Source of the DNA: Dongiaceae bacterium
GTDB lineage: Bacteria; Pseudomonadota; Alphaproteobacteria; SHNJ01
Length of the DNA: 64,000 nt
NCBI GenBank assembly: GCA_050182275.1
Contig: JBFXCK010000006.1
Location: 23,759-87,758 of the forward strand
Direction: 5' to 3'
Shown: positions 1 through 10,118 of the stretch, piece after piece
Layout: each line of letters starts with the position of its first letter
Numbering within the stretch: position 1 is the stretch's first letter
Notes under the pieces: model-generated
The model's input: the letters and a program-made list of their open reading frames with translations, nothing else
What the model was told of the DNA's origin: nothing
Databases searched by the model: none
Translations under genes and position numbers: made by a program

Positions 1-538
1 GGGCTTTCGGAAAATCGGCGCGCCAAATATCTTGGGAATTTTCCCCTTCGATCATGGCGATCCGGATGGCAGGATCATTCAGCGCCGCTAAGTTATTATC
101 AAAACGCGTATCGCCATCGCGCACAAAGGCCGCGATCACGATATAAAAAACCGGATTGGTATAATCGGCGAATTTACCGCGCTGGGCATTTGGCCAGCCG
201 CCGGTGCATTCGACATCATAGCGCTGATTTTTTAGATCTTCCAAAAATGTACCAAACTGAATTTCTTCCGACCAAATAATTTTCATATGTAAAAGCTTGC
301 CCATTTCTTCCATATAATCATAGAAAATGCCGGAATATTGGCCGCTATTTGGGTCTTTATTGAACATAGGCGGCCATACGACATACCCGCAGCGAATTTC
401 CCCAGTGCGCATGACGCGTTCATAAGTTGATTCTTGTTTGGCCGCCGCCGGGGCAGAGGGCGGGTTGAATTGGGCGCCTAAATAGCCGGCGGTTGCGGCT
501 ATCAGAATAATACCCAGAATTTTCGGAAGATTTTTCAT
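1..538 (-). CDS. Periplasmic substrate-binding protein, family 3 (partial, runs off window start)
   Basis: Translated by hand: MKNLPKILGIILIAATAGYLG...YERVMRTGEIRCGYVVWPP...KDPNSGQYSG; paralog of the next two ORFs. Confidence 0.85.
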   Translation of the reverse strand, partial: MKNLPKILGIILIAATAGYLGAQFNPPSAPAAAKQESTYERVMRTGEIRCGYVVWPPMFNKDPNSGQYSGIFYDYMEEMGKLLHMKIIWSEEIQFGTFLEDLKNQRYDVECTGGWPNAQRGKFADYTNPVFYIVIAAFVRDGDTRFDNNLAALNDPAIRIAMIEGENSQDIWRADFPKA

Positions 539-1408
539 TTACTGGCCCGTGGGTCTAAAGGGTTGCGCCACGCGATAGAAACTGCCGGGAAATTGCTCCC
601 ATTTCGTTAGCAGCCTGTCAACAACGCCCAAATTCAACTGATCTTGCACGGCGACGTCAAGCAATTGCTGCAATTCCACCTCGCCGCGCGCCACCGCTAT
701 TTCAAAGGGCATTAATTTAATAGGGCGCGTGGGATCGGGATTGCGGATGCTGTTGGGATTATGGCGCATCAGTTCCATCGCGCCATTCAAATCGGCCAAT
801 ACCACATCGGCTTTGCCGGTGGTGACGTTTTGCACCAACGTGCCGTAATCCGTGTTAGCGGGCAAAGAGAAGGTTTTAACTTTGGGGAAATATTCTTCGA
901 TCAAAGCATTTAGTACATTGCCATCCATTATAACCATCGTCACATTTGGGTCATTCAGCTTCGATAAATCATTATCAAAACGGTGATCGTCAAAACGCAC
1001 ATAGGCCGCGGCGGCGGAATAGAATAAGGGCCGGGTAAAGAAGGCTTCCCGCGCTTTGCCGCCATCGGGCCAAAGCGGGGTGCATATCGCATCAAAGCGG
1101 CCATTTTGCAGCCCAACAGTCCAATTGCCGAAGCCAATTTCTTCGGCCCATTCGATTTTAAGGGACGTAATTTTGCTGATTCTTTCCATCAAATCCACCG
1201 CAAAGCCGGACAATTCATTGGTATTGGGATCGCGTTTTGTAACCGGCGGAAAAACATAATAGCCGCAACGCAATACTCCGGTGCGCATCACGCGTTCGAA
1301 CGCGGTTTCCTTTTTCGCCGCAACATCGGATGCGGAGCGGGGAAGAAAATTGTAAACCAGCAACGATACAATCACTGCGATAAGAGCGGGCATCACATAA
1401 TTTTTCAT
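539..1408 (-). CDS. Periplasmic substrate-binding protein, family 3
   Basis: N-terminal hydrophobic anchor, ERVMRTGVLRCGY, GFAVDL, GRFD, GKADV motifs. Confidence 0.85.
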   Translation of the reverse strand: MKNYVMPALIAVIVSLLVYNFLPRSASDVAAKKETAFERVMRTGVLRCGYYVFPPVTKRDPNTNELSGFAVDLMERISKITSLKIEWAEEIGFGNWTVGLQNGRFDAICTPLWPDGGKAREAFFTRPLFYSAAAAYVRFDDHRFDNDLSKLNDPNVTMVIMDGNVLNALIEEYFPKVKTFSLPANTDYGTLVQNVTTGKADVVLADLNGAMELMRHNPNSIRNPDPTRPIKLMPFEIAVARGEVELQQLLDVAVQDQLNLGVVDRLLTKWEQFPGSFYRVAQPFRPTGQ

Positions 1409-1416
1409 CTTTTTTC

Positions 1417-2283
1417 CTAATGGTAAGGTTTGGCGACCCGGTAAAAACTGTTCGGATATTTATCGTATTTATTTAAGATTGAGTCAATCTCACCCGCATT
1501 CAGCATATCGGTTAAGGCTGCATCCACCATGGTTTTAAGCTGTAAATCATTGGGGGCAAGCGCAATGACATTCGGGAAAACCCGCAAAGGCCCGGCCGGG
1601 GTCAAGTTTTTTAAGGCATAATTGTTTTTTTCATTAAAGGCGCCCAGCTGGTAATTTTCCGCCAGCACAATATCGGCTTTGCCGCTTGTGACATTCATAA
1701 AAAGCTGCGCCAAATCGGTAATATTGGGCAGAGTAATAAAACTGGCCTTAGGCCAGCGTAAACGCGCGGTGCGTTCGGGCACGGTGCCATCCACCACCGC
1801 GATTTTAACGGCAGGATCGTTGATAAGGTCTAAATTTTGATCAAAACGCGTATCGCCGGCACGGGCAAATACGCTAAGCCCGCTGTAATAAAACGGCACC
1901 GAAAAACCTGCATAGGCCCCTTCCGCCGGATTCGCCCAATAGGTGATGCACACCGCATCATAACGGCGGGTCAGCAAACCCTGGACGTTGGTGGCGAAAG
2001 AAGTTTCCTCTACCCAGTCGATTTTTAGTTTTAGCCTTTCCCCGATTCCTTCCATGACTTCATAGGCAATACCGGAAAATTGGCCGGTATTAGGGTCTTT
2101 AATAACGGCAGGCGGGTAAAGCACATAGCCGCAGCGTAAAACGCGGTTTTGCAGGATTCTTTCATAGGCGCTTTGCTTTTGAGCGGATTTAGCGCCGGAT
2201 TCAAAAAACATATGACTGGCCCAGCTGCCCAAAAGCGCGGCCAGTAAAATCAGGAAAAGCAGGGGCAAGAAATGAATGCGCAT
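1417..2283 (-). CDS. Periplasmic substrate-binding protein, family 3
   Basis: ERILQNRVLRCGY, DTRFD, GKADIV; paralog of neighbours. Confidence 0.85.
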   Translation of the reverse strand: MRIHFLPLLFLILLAALLGSWASHMFFESGAKSAQKQSAYERILQNRVLRCGYVLYPPAVIKDPNTGQFSGIAYEVMEGIGERLKLKIDWVEETSFATNVQGLLTRRYDAVCITYWANPAEGAYAGFSVPFYYSGLSVFARAGDTRFDQNLDLINDPAVKIAVVDGTVPERTARLRWPKASFITLPNITDLAQLFMNVTSGKADIVLAENYQLGAFNEKNNYALKNLTPAGPLRVFPNVIALAPNDLQLKTMVDAALTDMLNAGEIDSILNKYDKYPNSFYRVAKPYH

Positions 2284-2337
2284 TTTTCGTTTTCTATACC
2301 AACCAACCGTTAAGAAATGCTAGGATAGAATAGATCA

Positions 2338-3306
2338 ATGATAATTGCCATGCGGTACGTTTTGAAAGCGTTTTTATGGATTCTGACCTTAAGTATTTTC
2401 TGCTTAGGGGGCCCTATCCCTATGGCAGAGGCGCAGCAATTAAACTTCAATAAAACCGCCATAGGTAACCAGGTGCAATTCAGCTACCGCTACCGGGATA
2501 ATGGCGGCTTGCTGCATCAAGTCAGTTTTTACTTAAGCCGTCCGGAAATCGAGCGGGCGTTGAAAGAATTTCAAACCGTTAATGAAGCGGAAATGCGTTC
2601 TTATGTGATGCATGCCCTTTATCAAGAAGCGGCTAAATTTTTCCCCGGCATCAAAATCGATATTGCCGAGCGCGACCGCGATCTCGATTTAAGCGTGGAG
2701 GGCAGTAATCCAAAAGAGGTTGAACAGGCGCTGAATCATTTGCAGCGAGTTCATGATCAAGCGCGCGATTCCTATTTAACCAGCCATTTTTATACCAAGG
2801 ATAAAACCGGCAAGTTTATCTTGCCCGATCATGGCCGTATCGCCGCACGCTATGTCAGCGACATGGCGCCAGTGGCCGCCTCTATCAGGCAGGGCGCGCC
2901 AGACCGTTCGCAGCGTGGGTTGTTTACGGCGGCGCTGAATTTTGTGCAATCGATTCCTTACGATACGCTGCAAAATCGTGAAACTTCGAACGGCGCCGGC
3001 TTCACCACGCCCATCGGGCTGTTGCAAATGAACCGCGGCGATTGTGATACCAAGGCGGTGGCCTTAACCAGCTTGCTGCGCACCCTATTGCCCGGTGTGC
3101 CGGTGATCATGGTTTATGTGCCGGATCACGTATTTATCGGCGCGCGGCTTCCCACCATGCGGGGCGATAGGGTGTTATCGGTTGATGGGGAAGTTTATAT
3201 TTTGGCCGAACCGGCCGGCCCCTCGCTGGTGCCGGCAGGGCAATTGGCGCACGCTTCGGCCAATGAATTGGACCGGCGTAATTTCACCTATATCAAAATG
3301 CCTTAA
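2338..3306 (+). CDS. Secreted transglutaminase-like (Cys-protease fold) protein
   Basis: Signal peptide; FVQSIPY, GDCDTKA, HVFIG, E motif order. Confidence 0.6.
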   Translation: MIIAMRYVLKAFLWILTLSIFCLGGPIPMAEAQQLNFNKTAIGNQVQFSYRYRDNGGLLHQVSFYLSRPEIERALKEFQTVNEAEMRSYVMHALYQEAAKFFPGIKIDIAERDRDLDLSVEGSNPKEVEQALNHLQRVHDQARDSYLTSHFYTKDKTGKFILPDHGRIAARYVSDMAPVAASIRQGAPDRSQRGLFTAALNFVQSIPYDTLQNRETSNGAGFTTPIGLLQMNRGDCDTKAVALTSLLRTLLPGVPVIMVYVPDHVFIGARLPTMRGDRVLSVDGEVYILAEPAGPSLVPAGQLAHASANELDRRNFTYIKMP

Positions 3307-3314
3307 AAAATTTG

Positions 3315-3881
3315 TTAGGCTAGTTCAATAACAACCGCTTCCAAGCCTTTTTGCCCTTGCGCCACGCGCATACGGACGGGCTGATCAGGGTCGAGGTTTT
3401 CCAGGCCGTTACGGCGCAAGGCGCTTTGATGAACAAACACGTCTTTGCTGCCGTCTTTAGGGGCGATAAAACCAAAGCCTTTTTGGGCATTGAACCATTT
3501 GACGGTGCCTTCAATAAAATCGCCGGTCGGCTCGGGAACTTGATCGAAGCCGCCAAACCGGCCGCCGCCGCCATCGCGCCGCGGACGGCGAGGCGCGCCG
3601 CCATCGCCGCCAAAACCGCCGCCACCCGGCGTTGCGGTGCTTTCATCGACGTCGAAGATTGATTTTACTTCCAGGCCTTTTTGGCCGTTGCCAATTGTGC
3701 AAGTGATAGTGGCGCCCTCGCCTACTTGCCGCAAACCGGCGCGTTCAAGAACGGAGATATGGAGGAACGCATCTCCACCGCCATTGGCGGGACTGACGAA
3801 ACCAAAACCTTTATTTGCATTAAACCACTTTACCTGTGCCTTTGTTGGGCTGCCTTCATCCATTGTCATAACTAACCACAC
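3315..3881 (-). CDS. Cold-shock protein with two CSD domains
   Basis: Two VKWFN..KGFGF..D.F.H.S repeats joined by a Gly/Arg linker. Confidence 0.93.
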   Translation of the reverse strand: MWLVMTMDEGSPTKAQVKWFNANKGFGFVSPANGGGDAFLHISVLERAGLRQVGEGATITCTIGNGQKGLEVKSIFDVDESTATPGGGGFGGDGGAPRRPRRDGGGGRFGGFDQVPEPTGDFIEGTVKWFNAQKGFGFIAPKDGSKDVFVHQSALRRNGLENLDPDQPVRMRVAQGQKGLEAVVIELA

Positions 3882-3947
3882 CTACGCAAAAGTTGAGCCT
3901 ATGCCCCTTATTATCCGCCGATACTCAATAAATTGCAACGGGGGTTT

Positions 3948-4175
3948 TTAATTATTGGCCCGGCCGCAGATTCTTCGCAAGGTCAAGGCTTTAACCATTA
4001 TAACTTCGCGGTCATCAGGGGCTAAGCCATGGTTTGGCGGAAGTTCCGGCCAGCCTTTGGTCAATACTTCGGCTCTAACCGCTTCGGGCATGGCATCCGC
4101 TTCTTTGGCAAGCTCGGCCCGGTCTTGCGGCGTTAAAGGGATAAAATAGCAATGCGTGAATAACTCATTAGCCAT
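3948..4175 (-). CDS. Hypothetical protein
   Basis: Overlaps the cyclophilin stop; same strand as neighbours. Confidence 0.5.
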   Translation of the reverse strand: MANELFTHCYFIPLTPQDRAELAKEADAMPEAVRAEVLTKGWPELPPNHGLAPDDREVIMVKALTLRRICGRANN

Positions 4176-4740
4176 TTTTGCCGGCAGCTTTACCTTTGGT
4201 CATTACGTCGGCAGCAATATTCATTTCGATGATTTTATCAGGTTCATTCACATGGCCATTGTTATAGGTGTCGCCCTTTTTAATTTTATCAACGAATTCC
4301 ATGCCTTCAATCACGCGACCCCACACGGTGTATTTACCATCCAGCCAGGGAGAGGGTTGGAAGACGATAAAAAATTGGCTATCGCCGCTATCAGGATCAT
4401 TGGCGCGCGCCATGGAAACCGTGCCGCGGGCATGTTTTTCGTTGGAAAATTCGGCTTTCAATTTTTGGCCTGAACCGCCGGTGCCAGTACCCTTGGGATC
4501 GCCGGTTTGCGCCATAAAGCCGTCAATGACGCGGTGGAAGGTAAGGCCATCATAAAAATGCGCACGCACTAGTTCTTTAATGCGCTTGACATGGGTGGGG
4601 GCCGCTTGCGGCAGCAATTCAATCACCACACGGCCGTCTTTTAATTCAAGGAATAAAGTATTTTCAGGGTCTTTGATATCGGCGGCGGATGCGGTTGATA
4701 ATGTAGCCATTAATAAAATAACTCCTACGAAATAACGCAT
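4168..4740 (-). CDS. Cyclophilin-type peptidyl-prolyl isomerase (secreted)
   Basis: FYDGLTFHRVIDGFMAQTGDP, SMARA, SQFFI. Confidence 0.95.
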   Translation of the reverse strand: MRYFVGVILLMATLSTASAADIKDPENTLFLELKDGRVVIELLPQAAPTHVKRIKELVRAHFYDGLTFHRVIDGFMAQTGDPKGTGTGGSGQKLKAEFSNEKHARGTVSMARANDPDSGDSQFFIVFQPSPWLDGKYTVWGRVIEGMEFVDKIKKGDTYNNGHVNEPDKIIEMNIAADVMTKGKAAGKNG

Positions 4741-4748
4741 GGGATGTC

Positions 4749-5147
4749 CTAACTCTTTTTGGGTTTTTTGAAAGCATTGCTCATGGTGGTCAAGGCCTCA
4801 TTGTGGCGCTTGCTGGCCGGGCTGCGCTCGGTCGGCATTTCTTTCCAACCGGCGGCTTTGCCGATTTCTTTATTGGCAGGCGAGGGGTTAAGTGAAATTT
4901 GCTCGACAATATCCTCCAGCATTTCGGGGCTAATGCCGCCATCGTTGGCGGTGGATTTTTTATTCTTCTGATGTAAAAAGCGCTGCACATGATAGGTGAC
5001 GGCAGGTTTGCGGAAATTGGCTAAAAACCCGTCTTCCAACAATTCATCTTCCATGGCCCATTGCAATAACAATTGCACCATTTGACGCGGGTTGCCTTGC
5101 GTTTGCTGGAAGGCGGCGTCGATACGTTCATCAATATATTTGCTCAT
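4749..5147 (-). CDS. Hypothetical protein
   Basis: ORF fills the gap in a minus-strand gene run. Confidence 0.6.
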   Translation of the reverse strand: MSKYIDERIDAAFQQTQGNPRQMVQLLLQWAMEDELLEDGFLANFRKPAVTYHVQRFLHQKNKKSTANDGGISPEMLEDIVEQISLNPSPANKEIGKAAGWKEMPTERSPASKRHNEALTTMSNAFKKPKKS

Positions 5148-5167
5148 GGGGGGATTATAGGGGGAAA

Positions 5168-5356
5168 TTAAGAAACTGGGTAGTCGGCAAATAACGCCAA
5201 ATCGGGGGAGCCAAAAACCGCATATAGCGCCCCGCCAATTATTAATAAAGTTAAAAATAACCCCGGGAAAAGCAGGGGTCTAGACTCGATAGCGGGCCAG
5301 CTTAATCCGAGAGCGGTTAAGGCGGACAGCAATAGTAGAATTCCTATAAAAATCAT
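5168..5356 (-). CDS. Small two-TM protein resembling the CcmI/CycH N-terminal segment
   Basis: ATGA overlap with ccmF stop; LYAVFGSPDL motif. Confidence 0.5.
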   Translation of the reverse strand: MIFIGILLLLSALTALGLSWPAIESRPLLFPGLFLTLLIIGGALYAVFGSPDLALFADYPVS

Positions 5357-7203
5357 GACTTAAACCGTAATCCTAATAATCCGCCAATCGCCGCAATCAG
5401 CATGCCCACCCAAATCCAGGGAGCTAGCGGGTTGTGATAAAGCCGAAAACTCCATCTTTGATTTTTTCCATCTTGTTCACCCAAGGTGACATAAAGATCG
5501 GCAAAGCCATTGGTGTAAATTGCCGCTTCAGTGGTCCATCTTTTGCTTGCTGGAAAAAAGCGGCGTTCAGGCGTCAAGCGGGCGACAGGCGATCCGGCAC
5601 GCGTCACTTCGATAATGGCGCGTTCGGCCAGATAATTGGGGCCTTCAACTTCCCCCACTTCTTGCAACCGCAAACTATAGCCCGCCAATTGCGCCATTTG
5701 TTTTGGTTCTAGGGTAAGGGTTTTTTGCTGTTGCCAGGCGCTGGAGGCGATCATGCCAAGAACGGCAATGCTCAACCCTACATGAGCAATAGTCATCGGA
5801 TAAGGCCGTTTTTTTATAAGAGCGCCCACAATCACCCACAGCGCCAGGGCGATTCCTATTAAGGCAAGCCCGCGATACCTATCATCCAGCATCAACAAAG
5901 CGGGCAGGGCCAAGCTTGCAATCATCATCAGGCGCAAGTTTTTTTGAATATGGGAGGCGGGCGTTTTACCCCAGGCCAATAATGGCGCGATTCCCATTGC
6001 CAGTAATAACGGGATCATCAGCGGCACAAAGGTAAATTCAAAATAAGGCTGTCCGACCGAAATTTTTTCGCCGCTAAAAATAGGCAAGATTAAAGGATAT
6101 AAAGTGCCAATCGCAACAATAGCAGCGCCGGTGCTTAAGAAAAGATTGTTGATCAGCATCGCCCCTTCGCGGGAGAGCAAGGTAAAAGAGCTTGGGGAGC
6201 TGGCCAAATACGGCGCACGCTTGGCATAGAGACCAAAAGCGATTATCAGCGCCAGCGCGATGAGCAATAAAATATACATCCCGCGCCATGGATCATTGGC
6301 GAAGGCATGCACCGAAATTAAAATGCCGGATCGCACCAGAAAAGTTCCCAGTAAACTGAAGGCAAAAGTGAGAATGGCTAATAGCAATGTCCACGAATTC
6401 AGGGCCTTACGTTTTTCGGTGACAATCACCGAATGCAATAAAGCAGTACCCAAGAGCCAGGGCATGAGCGCCGCATTTTCCACCGGATCCCAAAACCACC
6501 AGCCGCCCCATCCCAATTCGTAATAAGCCCACCAGCTTCCTAAGGTAAGGCCGGCAGTTAAAAAGGCCCAGGCCAATATTACCCAGGGCCGCATGATGCT
6601 TGCCCAATTACCGGCTTTTTTTCCAAGGCTTAAAGCGCCAAGCGCCACGGCAAAGCTGGCGGCGAAGCCGACATAGCCTAAATATAACAGCGGCGGGTGG
6701 AAGGCGAGGCCGGGGTCTTGCAATAATGGATTTAATTCCAGCGCTTCTAAAACCGGCGGCCAAATGCGTAAGAAAGGATTGGAGGTGGCGATGATAAATA
6801 ATAAGAATCCGGCGCCTAGCCAGCCAAATATGCGCAAAGTGCGCATTCTTAAGCGGACATTTTCAAAAGGCGTGGTGATGGCGAAAAGCGCGCCGAATAA
6901 AGCCAGCACCCACACCCATAACAGCATCGAACCTTCGTGATTGCCCCATACTCCGGTAATCTTATACAGCAGCGGAATAAGGCTATGGCCATTTTCCGCT
7001 ACATGCAGCACGCTGAAATCGCCTTTGATATGCGCTCCCATCAAAATAAGAAACGCCAGGGTAATAAGCAAAAATTGAGCTAAAGCGGCATGGATTATCA
7101 GCCGGTAGCGCAAAATCAGGAAAAACCCGCCCGGAATTACGGCCTGCCAAAAGGCGGCCACCAACGCCAGCAATAAACAAAAATGACCAACTTCAATAAT
7201 CAT
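5353..7203 (-). CDS. ccmF: Cytochrome c heme lyase CcmF
   Basis: WAYYELGWGGWWFWDPVEN (WWD motif), HPPLLYLGY, SVHAF. Confidence 0.97.
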   Translation of the reverse strand: MIIEVGHFCLLLALVAAFWQAVIPGGFFLILRYRLIIHAALAQFLLITLAFLILMGAHIKGDFSVLHVAENGHSLIPLLYKITGVWGNHEGSMLLWVWVLALFGALFAITTPFENVRLRMRTLRIFGWLGAGFLLFIIATSNPFLRIWPPVLEALELNPLLQDPGLAFHPPLLYLGYVGFAASFAVALGALSLGKKAGNWASIMRPWVILAWAFLTAGLTLGSWWAYYELGWGGWWFWDPVENAALMPWLLGTALLHSVIVTEKRKALNSWTLLLAILTFAFSLLGTFLVRSGILISVHAFANDPWRGMYILLLIALALIIAFGLYAKRAPYLASSPSSFTLLSREGAMLINNLFLSTGAAIVAIGTLYPLILPIFSGEKISVGQPYFEFTFVPLMIPLLLAMGIAPLLAWGKTPASHIQKNLRLMMIASLALPALLMLDDRYRGLALIGIALALWVIVGALIKKRPYPMTIAHVGLSIAVLGMIASSAWQQQKTLTLEPKQMAQLAGYSLRLQEVGEVEGPNYLAERAIIEVTRAGSPVARLTPERRFFPASKRWTTEAAIYTNGFADLYVTLGEQDGKNQRWSFRLYHNPLAPWIWVGMLIAAIGGLLGLRFKS

Positions 7204-7232
7204 AATTTATGATATAAAACGATTTATATTCA

Positions 7233-8156
7233 ATGACCATCCTATTTACCCATGAAGACGGAGTTTTGCACGATCCGGGGCCGGGCCACCCCGAACGGAT
7301 AGAGCGCCTGCGCCAAATTTGGCAAATATTCGAGGAAGCGCCCTTTGCCGATTTCCCGCGCGGCAATGTTCCTTTGGCCAGTGCCGAACAGCTTAAACGC
7401 GCGCATGATGCGGCCTATGTCGATCAATTATTAGCGCTTTCTGTTCCGGAAGAAGGTTTAGCAATTGATGGCGATACTTTTTTATCGCTTAGAACTATTC
7501 AAGCCGCCCGCCGCGCCGCTGGCGCTGTGATTGCAGCGGTGGATGCAGTGATGGACGGCCAGGAGAAAACCGCTTTTATCGCCATGCGTCCGCCCGGCCA
7601 TCACGCCGAAAAAAGCCGTGCTTGCGGCTTTTGCTTTTTCAACAATGTAGCGGTGGGGGCGGCGCACGCTTTGGCTCAATACAATCTTTCCCGCCTTGCG
7701 ATTGTCGATTTCGATGTGCATCACGGCAATGGCACACAAGACATTTTTTGGAATGAGCCAAAGGTTTTTTACGCTTCCACTCATCAAGGCGGAATTTTCC
7801 CGGGCACGGGGTGGGAGGATGAAAAAGGCGTTGGTAATATATTGAATGTTCCTTTACCCGGTGGAACCAATGGTACAATGTTTCGTGAGACATATAAGAA
7901 AATCATTTTCCCTGCGCTCGACACCTTTAAGCCGGAATTGCTTTTTATCTCGGCCGGTTTTGATGCGCATCGCAATGACCCGCTAGCCTCTTTATTGCTG
8001 GATACAGAAGATTTTTATTGGGTTACCCAAGAATTGGTAAAAACCGCTAAACGCCACGCCCAGGGGCGGGTGGTCAGCACCTTAGAGGGCGGCTATGATT
8101 TAACGGCTTTAGGCCAAAGCGTGGCGGCGCATGTGAAGGCTTTAAGCGGCTTTTAG
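7233..8156 (+). CDS. Histone deacetylase family protein
   Basis: HPE, RPPGHHA, DFDVHHGNGTQ, SAGFDAH, LEGGY. Confidence 0.95.
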   Translation: MTILFTHEDGVLHDPGPGHPERIERLRQIWQIFEEAPFADFPRGNVPLASAEQLKRAHDAAYVDQLLALSVPEEGLAIDGDTFLSLRTIQAARRAAGAVIAAVDAVMDGQEKTAFIAMRPPGHHAEKSRACGFCFFNNVAVGAAHALAQYNLSRLAIVDFDVHHGNGTQDIFWNEPKVFYASTHQGGIFPGTGWEDEKGVGNILNVPLPGGTNGTMFRETYKKIIFPALDTFKPELLFISAGFDAHRNDPLASLLLDTEDFYWVTQELVKTAKRHAQGRVVSTLEGGYDLTALGQSVAAHVKALSGF

Positions 8157-8217
8157 AGCTTTTGCTTGCCGATTCCCCTGCAAATCGCTAGAGTGCGGGC
8201 CATTCTTAGGGGTGTTC

Positions 8218-8475
8218 ATGGGTAATCCAAAAACCAATAGCAAAGTTGCTGAAACGGCTGGGCTTAGCTTTGAGCAAGCCATGGAAGAGCTGGAAAAGAT
8301 TGTCCGCAGGCTCGAACAAGGCCAAAGCAAGCTGGAAGACGCCATTAGCGACTATGAACGCGGTGTCGCCTTAAAAAAACATTGCGAAGACCGCTTGCGT
8401 GAGGCACAACTAAAAGTTGATAAAATCTCCATCGGTAATGATGGCAAAGTTTCTCTCACCAATTTCGATTCTTAA
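8218..8475 (+). CDS. xseB: Exodeoxyribonuclease VII small subunit
   Basis: SFEQAMEELEKIV..LE.G...LEDAI..YERG. Confidence 0.95.
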   Translation: MGNPKTNSKVAETAGLSFEQAMEELEKIVRRLEQGQSKLEDAISDYERGVALKKHCEDRLREAQLKVDKISIGNDGKVSLTNFDS

Positions 8476-8480
8476 AACCA

Positions 8481-9368
8481 ATGAGCACCTTACAAGATTC
8501 TTTGAGCAAAATCGCCGCGCATGTGACCGAGGCGATGGATAGTTTGATTCCACACGCTGACGGCGCCGAAGGCAAACTCTATGAAGCCATGCGCTATGCC
8601 GCGACCGGCGGCGGAAAACGCATGCGCCCCTTTTTGGTGATGAATAGCGCCGCTTTATTTGGCGTCAATGAATCGGCGGCGTTGCGGGTAGCAGCAGCCG
8701 TGGAATTCACCCATGCGTATTCCCTGATTCACGATGATTTACCGGCGATGGATAATAGTTATTTGCGCCGTGGCCGGCCAACGACGCATATTAAATTCGG
8801 CGAGGCTTTGGCGATTTTGGCGGGTGATGCGCTGCAAGCCTTGGCCTATACGGTTTTAAGCGATCCCGATATTCATCCTGATCCGATGGTGCGCGCCTCG
8901 CTCATGCAACGTTTGGCGCATGCCGCCGGCGGGCGCGGCATGGTGGGTGGTCAAACCATCGATCTTTTCTCGGCCAGCCGCGATATGGATGTGAATGAAG
9001 TCGTGCGGATGCAGCGCTTAAAAACCGGGGAATTATTCGCCTTTTCTTGCGAATCCGGCGCAATTTTGGGCAAGACGCAAGGCCGGGCGCGGCAATCGCT
9101 GCAGGCCTATGCCTATGATCTGGGCGTTGCTTTCCAAATCACCGACGATATTTTAGACGCCAAAGGCAGCACGGCTGAAACCGGAAAATCGGTTGGGCTG
9201 GATAAGGCCGCTAATAAGCCCAACTTCGTTTCGCTGCTTGGGATGGAGCGGGCGCGAATGCAGGCGGAAATTCTTTCCAATCAGGCGGTTAAACATTTAG
9301 ACATGTTCGATGAGCGCGCCGATCCCATGCGCGAGCTCGCGCGTTATGCGATCGACCGTAAATTATAA
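8481..9368 (+). CDS. ispA: Farnesyl diphosphate synthase
   Basis: GGKRMRP, SLIHDDLPAMD, KTG, FQITDDILD. Confidence 0.93.
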   Translation: MSTLQDSLSKIAAHVTEAMDSLIPHADGAEGKLYEAMRYAATGGGKRMRPFLVMNSAALFGVNESAALRVAAAVEFTHAYSLIHDDLPAMDNSYLRRGRPTTHIKFGEALAILAGDALQALAYTVLSDPDIHPDPMVRASLMQRLAHAAGGRGMVGGQTIDLFSASRDMDVNEVVRMQRLKTGELFAFSCESGAILGKTQGRARQSLQAYAYDLGVAFQITDDILDAKGSTAETGKSVGLDKAANKPNFVSLLGMERARMQAEILSNQAVKHLDMFDERADPMRELARYAIDRKL

Positions 9369-9374
9369 TTTATT

Positions 9375-10118
9375 GTGGCCGGCGGCAAAAAACGTCTTGA
9401 TCTTGTGCTGGTAGAGCGTGGCCTGGCGCCCAGCCGTACTATAGCCCAAGGCCTAATTTTAGCCGGAAAAGTTTTAAGCGAAACCAAGCGCCTGGATAAG
9501 CCGGGGCAGTTGGTTGATGACGCAATCGCCCTTACCGTCAAAGAAAAAGAGCATCCGTGGGTTTCGCGCGGCGGCGTGAAATTAAACTATGCGCTTGATC
9601 ATTTTCGTATTGATGTCAAAGATGCCGTTGGCCTCGATATAGGCGCTTCGACCGGCGGCTTTACCGATGTTTTGCTAAGCCGCGGCGCTGCCAAGGTTTA
9701 TGCGATTGATGTGGGGCATAACCAATTGGATTGGAAACTGCGCCAAGATCCACGCGTTATTGCGCAGGAAGGCGTTAATGCCCGTTATCTAACGGAAGAA
9801 AACGTGCCGGAAGCGGTCGATATTATTGTATGCGACGTGAGCTTTATCAGCCTAACTTTGGCGCTGCCGGCAGCGCTTAAATTCGCCAAAAAAGGCGCAT
9901 GGCTGGCAGCGTTGATTAAGCCGCAATTTGAAGTAGGCAAAGAAAATGTCGGCAAGGGCGGGATTGTGCGCGATCCTTCCTTGCATCAAGAAGTTTGCCG
10001 GAAAATCGAAAATTGGCTGACGTCGCTGCAAGATTGGAGAATCGAAGGCATTATCGACAGCCCGATTACCGGTACGGATGGAAATAAAGAATTTTTGCTA
10101 ACCGCGCGGAAAATTTAG
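9375..10118 (+). CDS. tlyA: TlyA family rRNA methyltransferase
   Basis: S4 domain RLD, VSRGG.KL, DIGASTGGFTD, DVSFISL, KPQFE. Confidence 0.95.
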   Translation: MAGGKKRLDLVLVERGLAPSRTIAQGLILAGKVLSETKRLDKPGQLVDDAIALTVKEKEHPWVSRGGVKLNYALDHFRIDVKDAVGLDIGASTGGFTDVLLSRGAAKVYAIDVGHNQLDWKLRQDPRVIAQEGVNARYLTEENVPEAVDIIVCDVSFISLTLALPAALKFAKKGAWLAALIKPQFEVGKENVGKGGIVRDPSLHQEVCRKIENWLTSLQDWRIEGIIDSPITGTDGNKEFLLTARKI

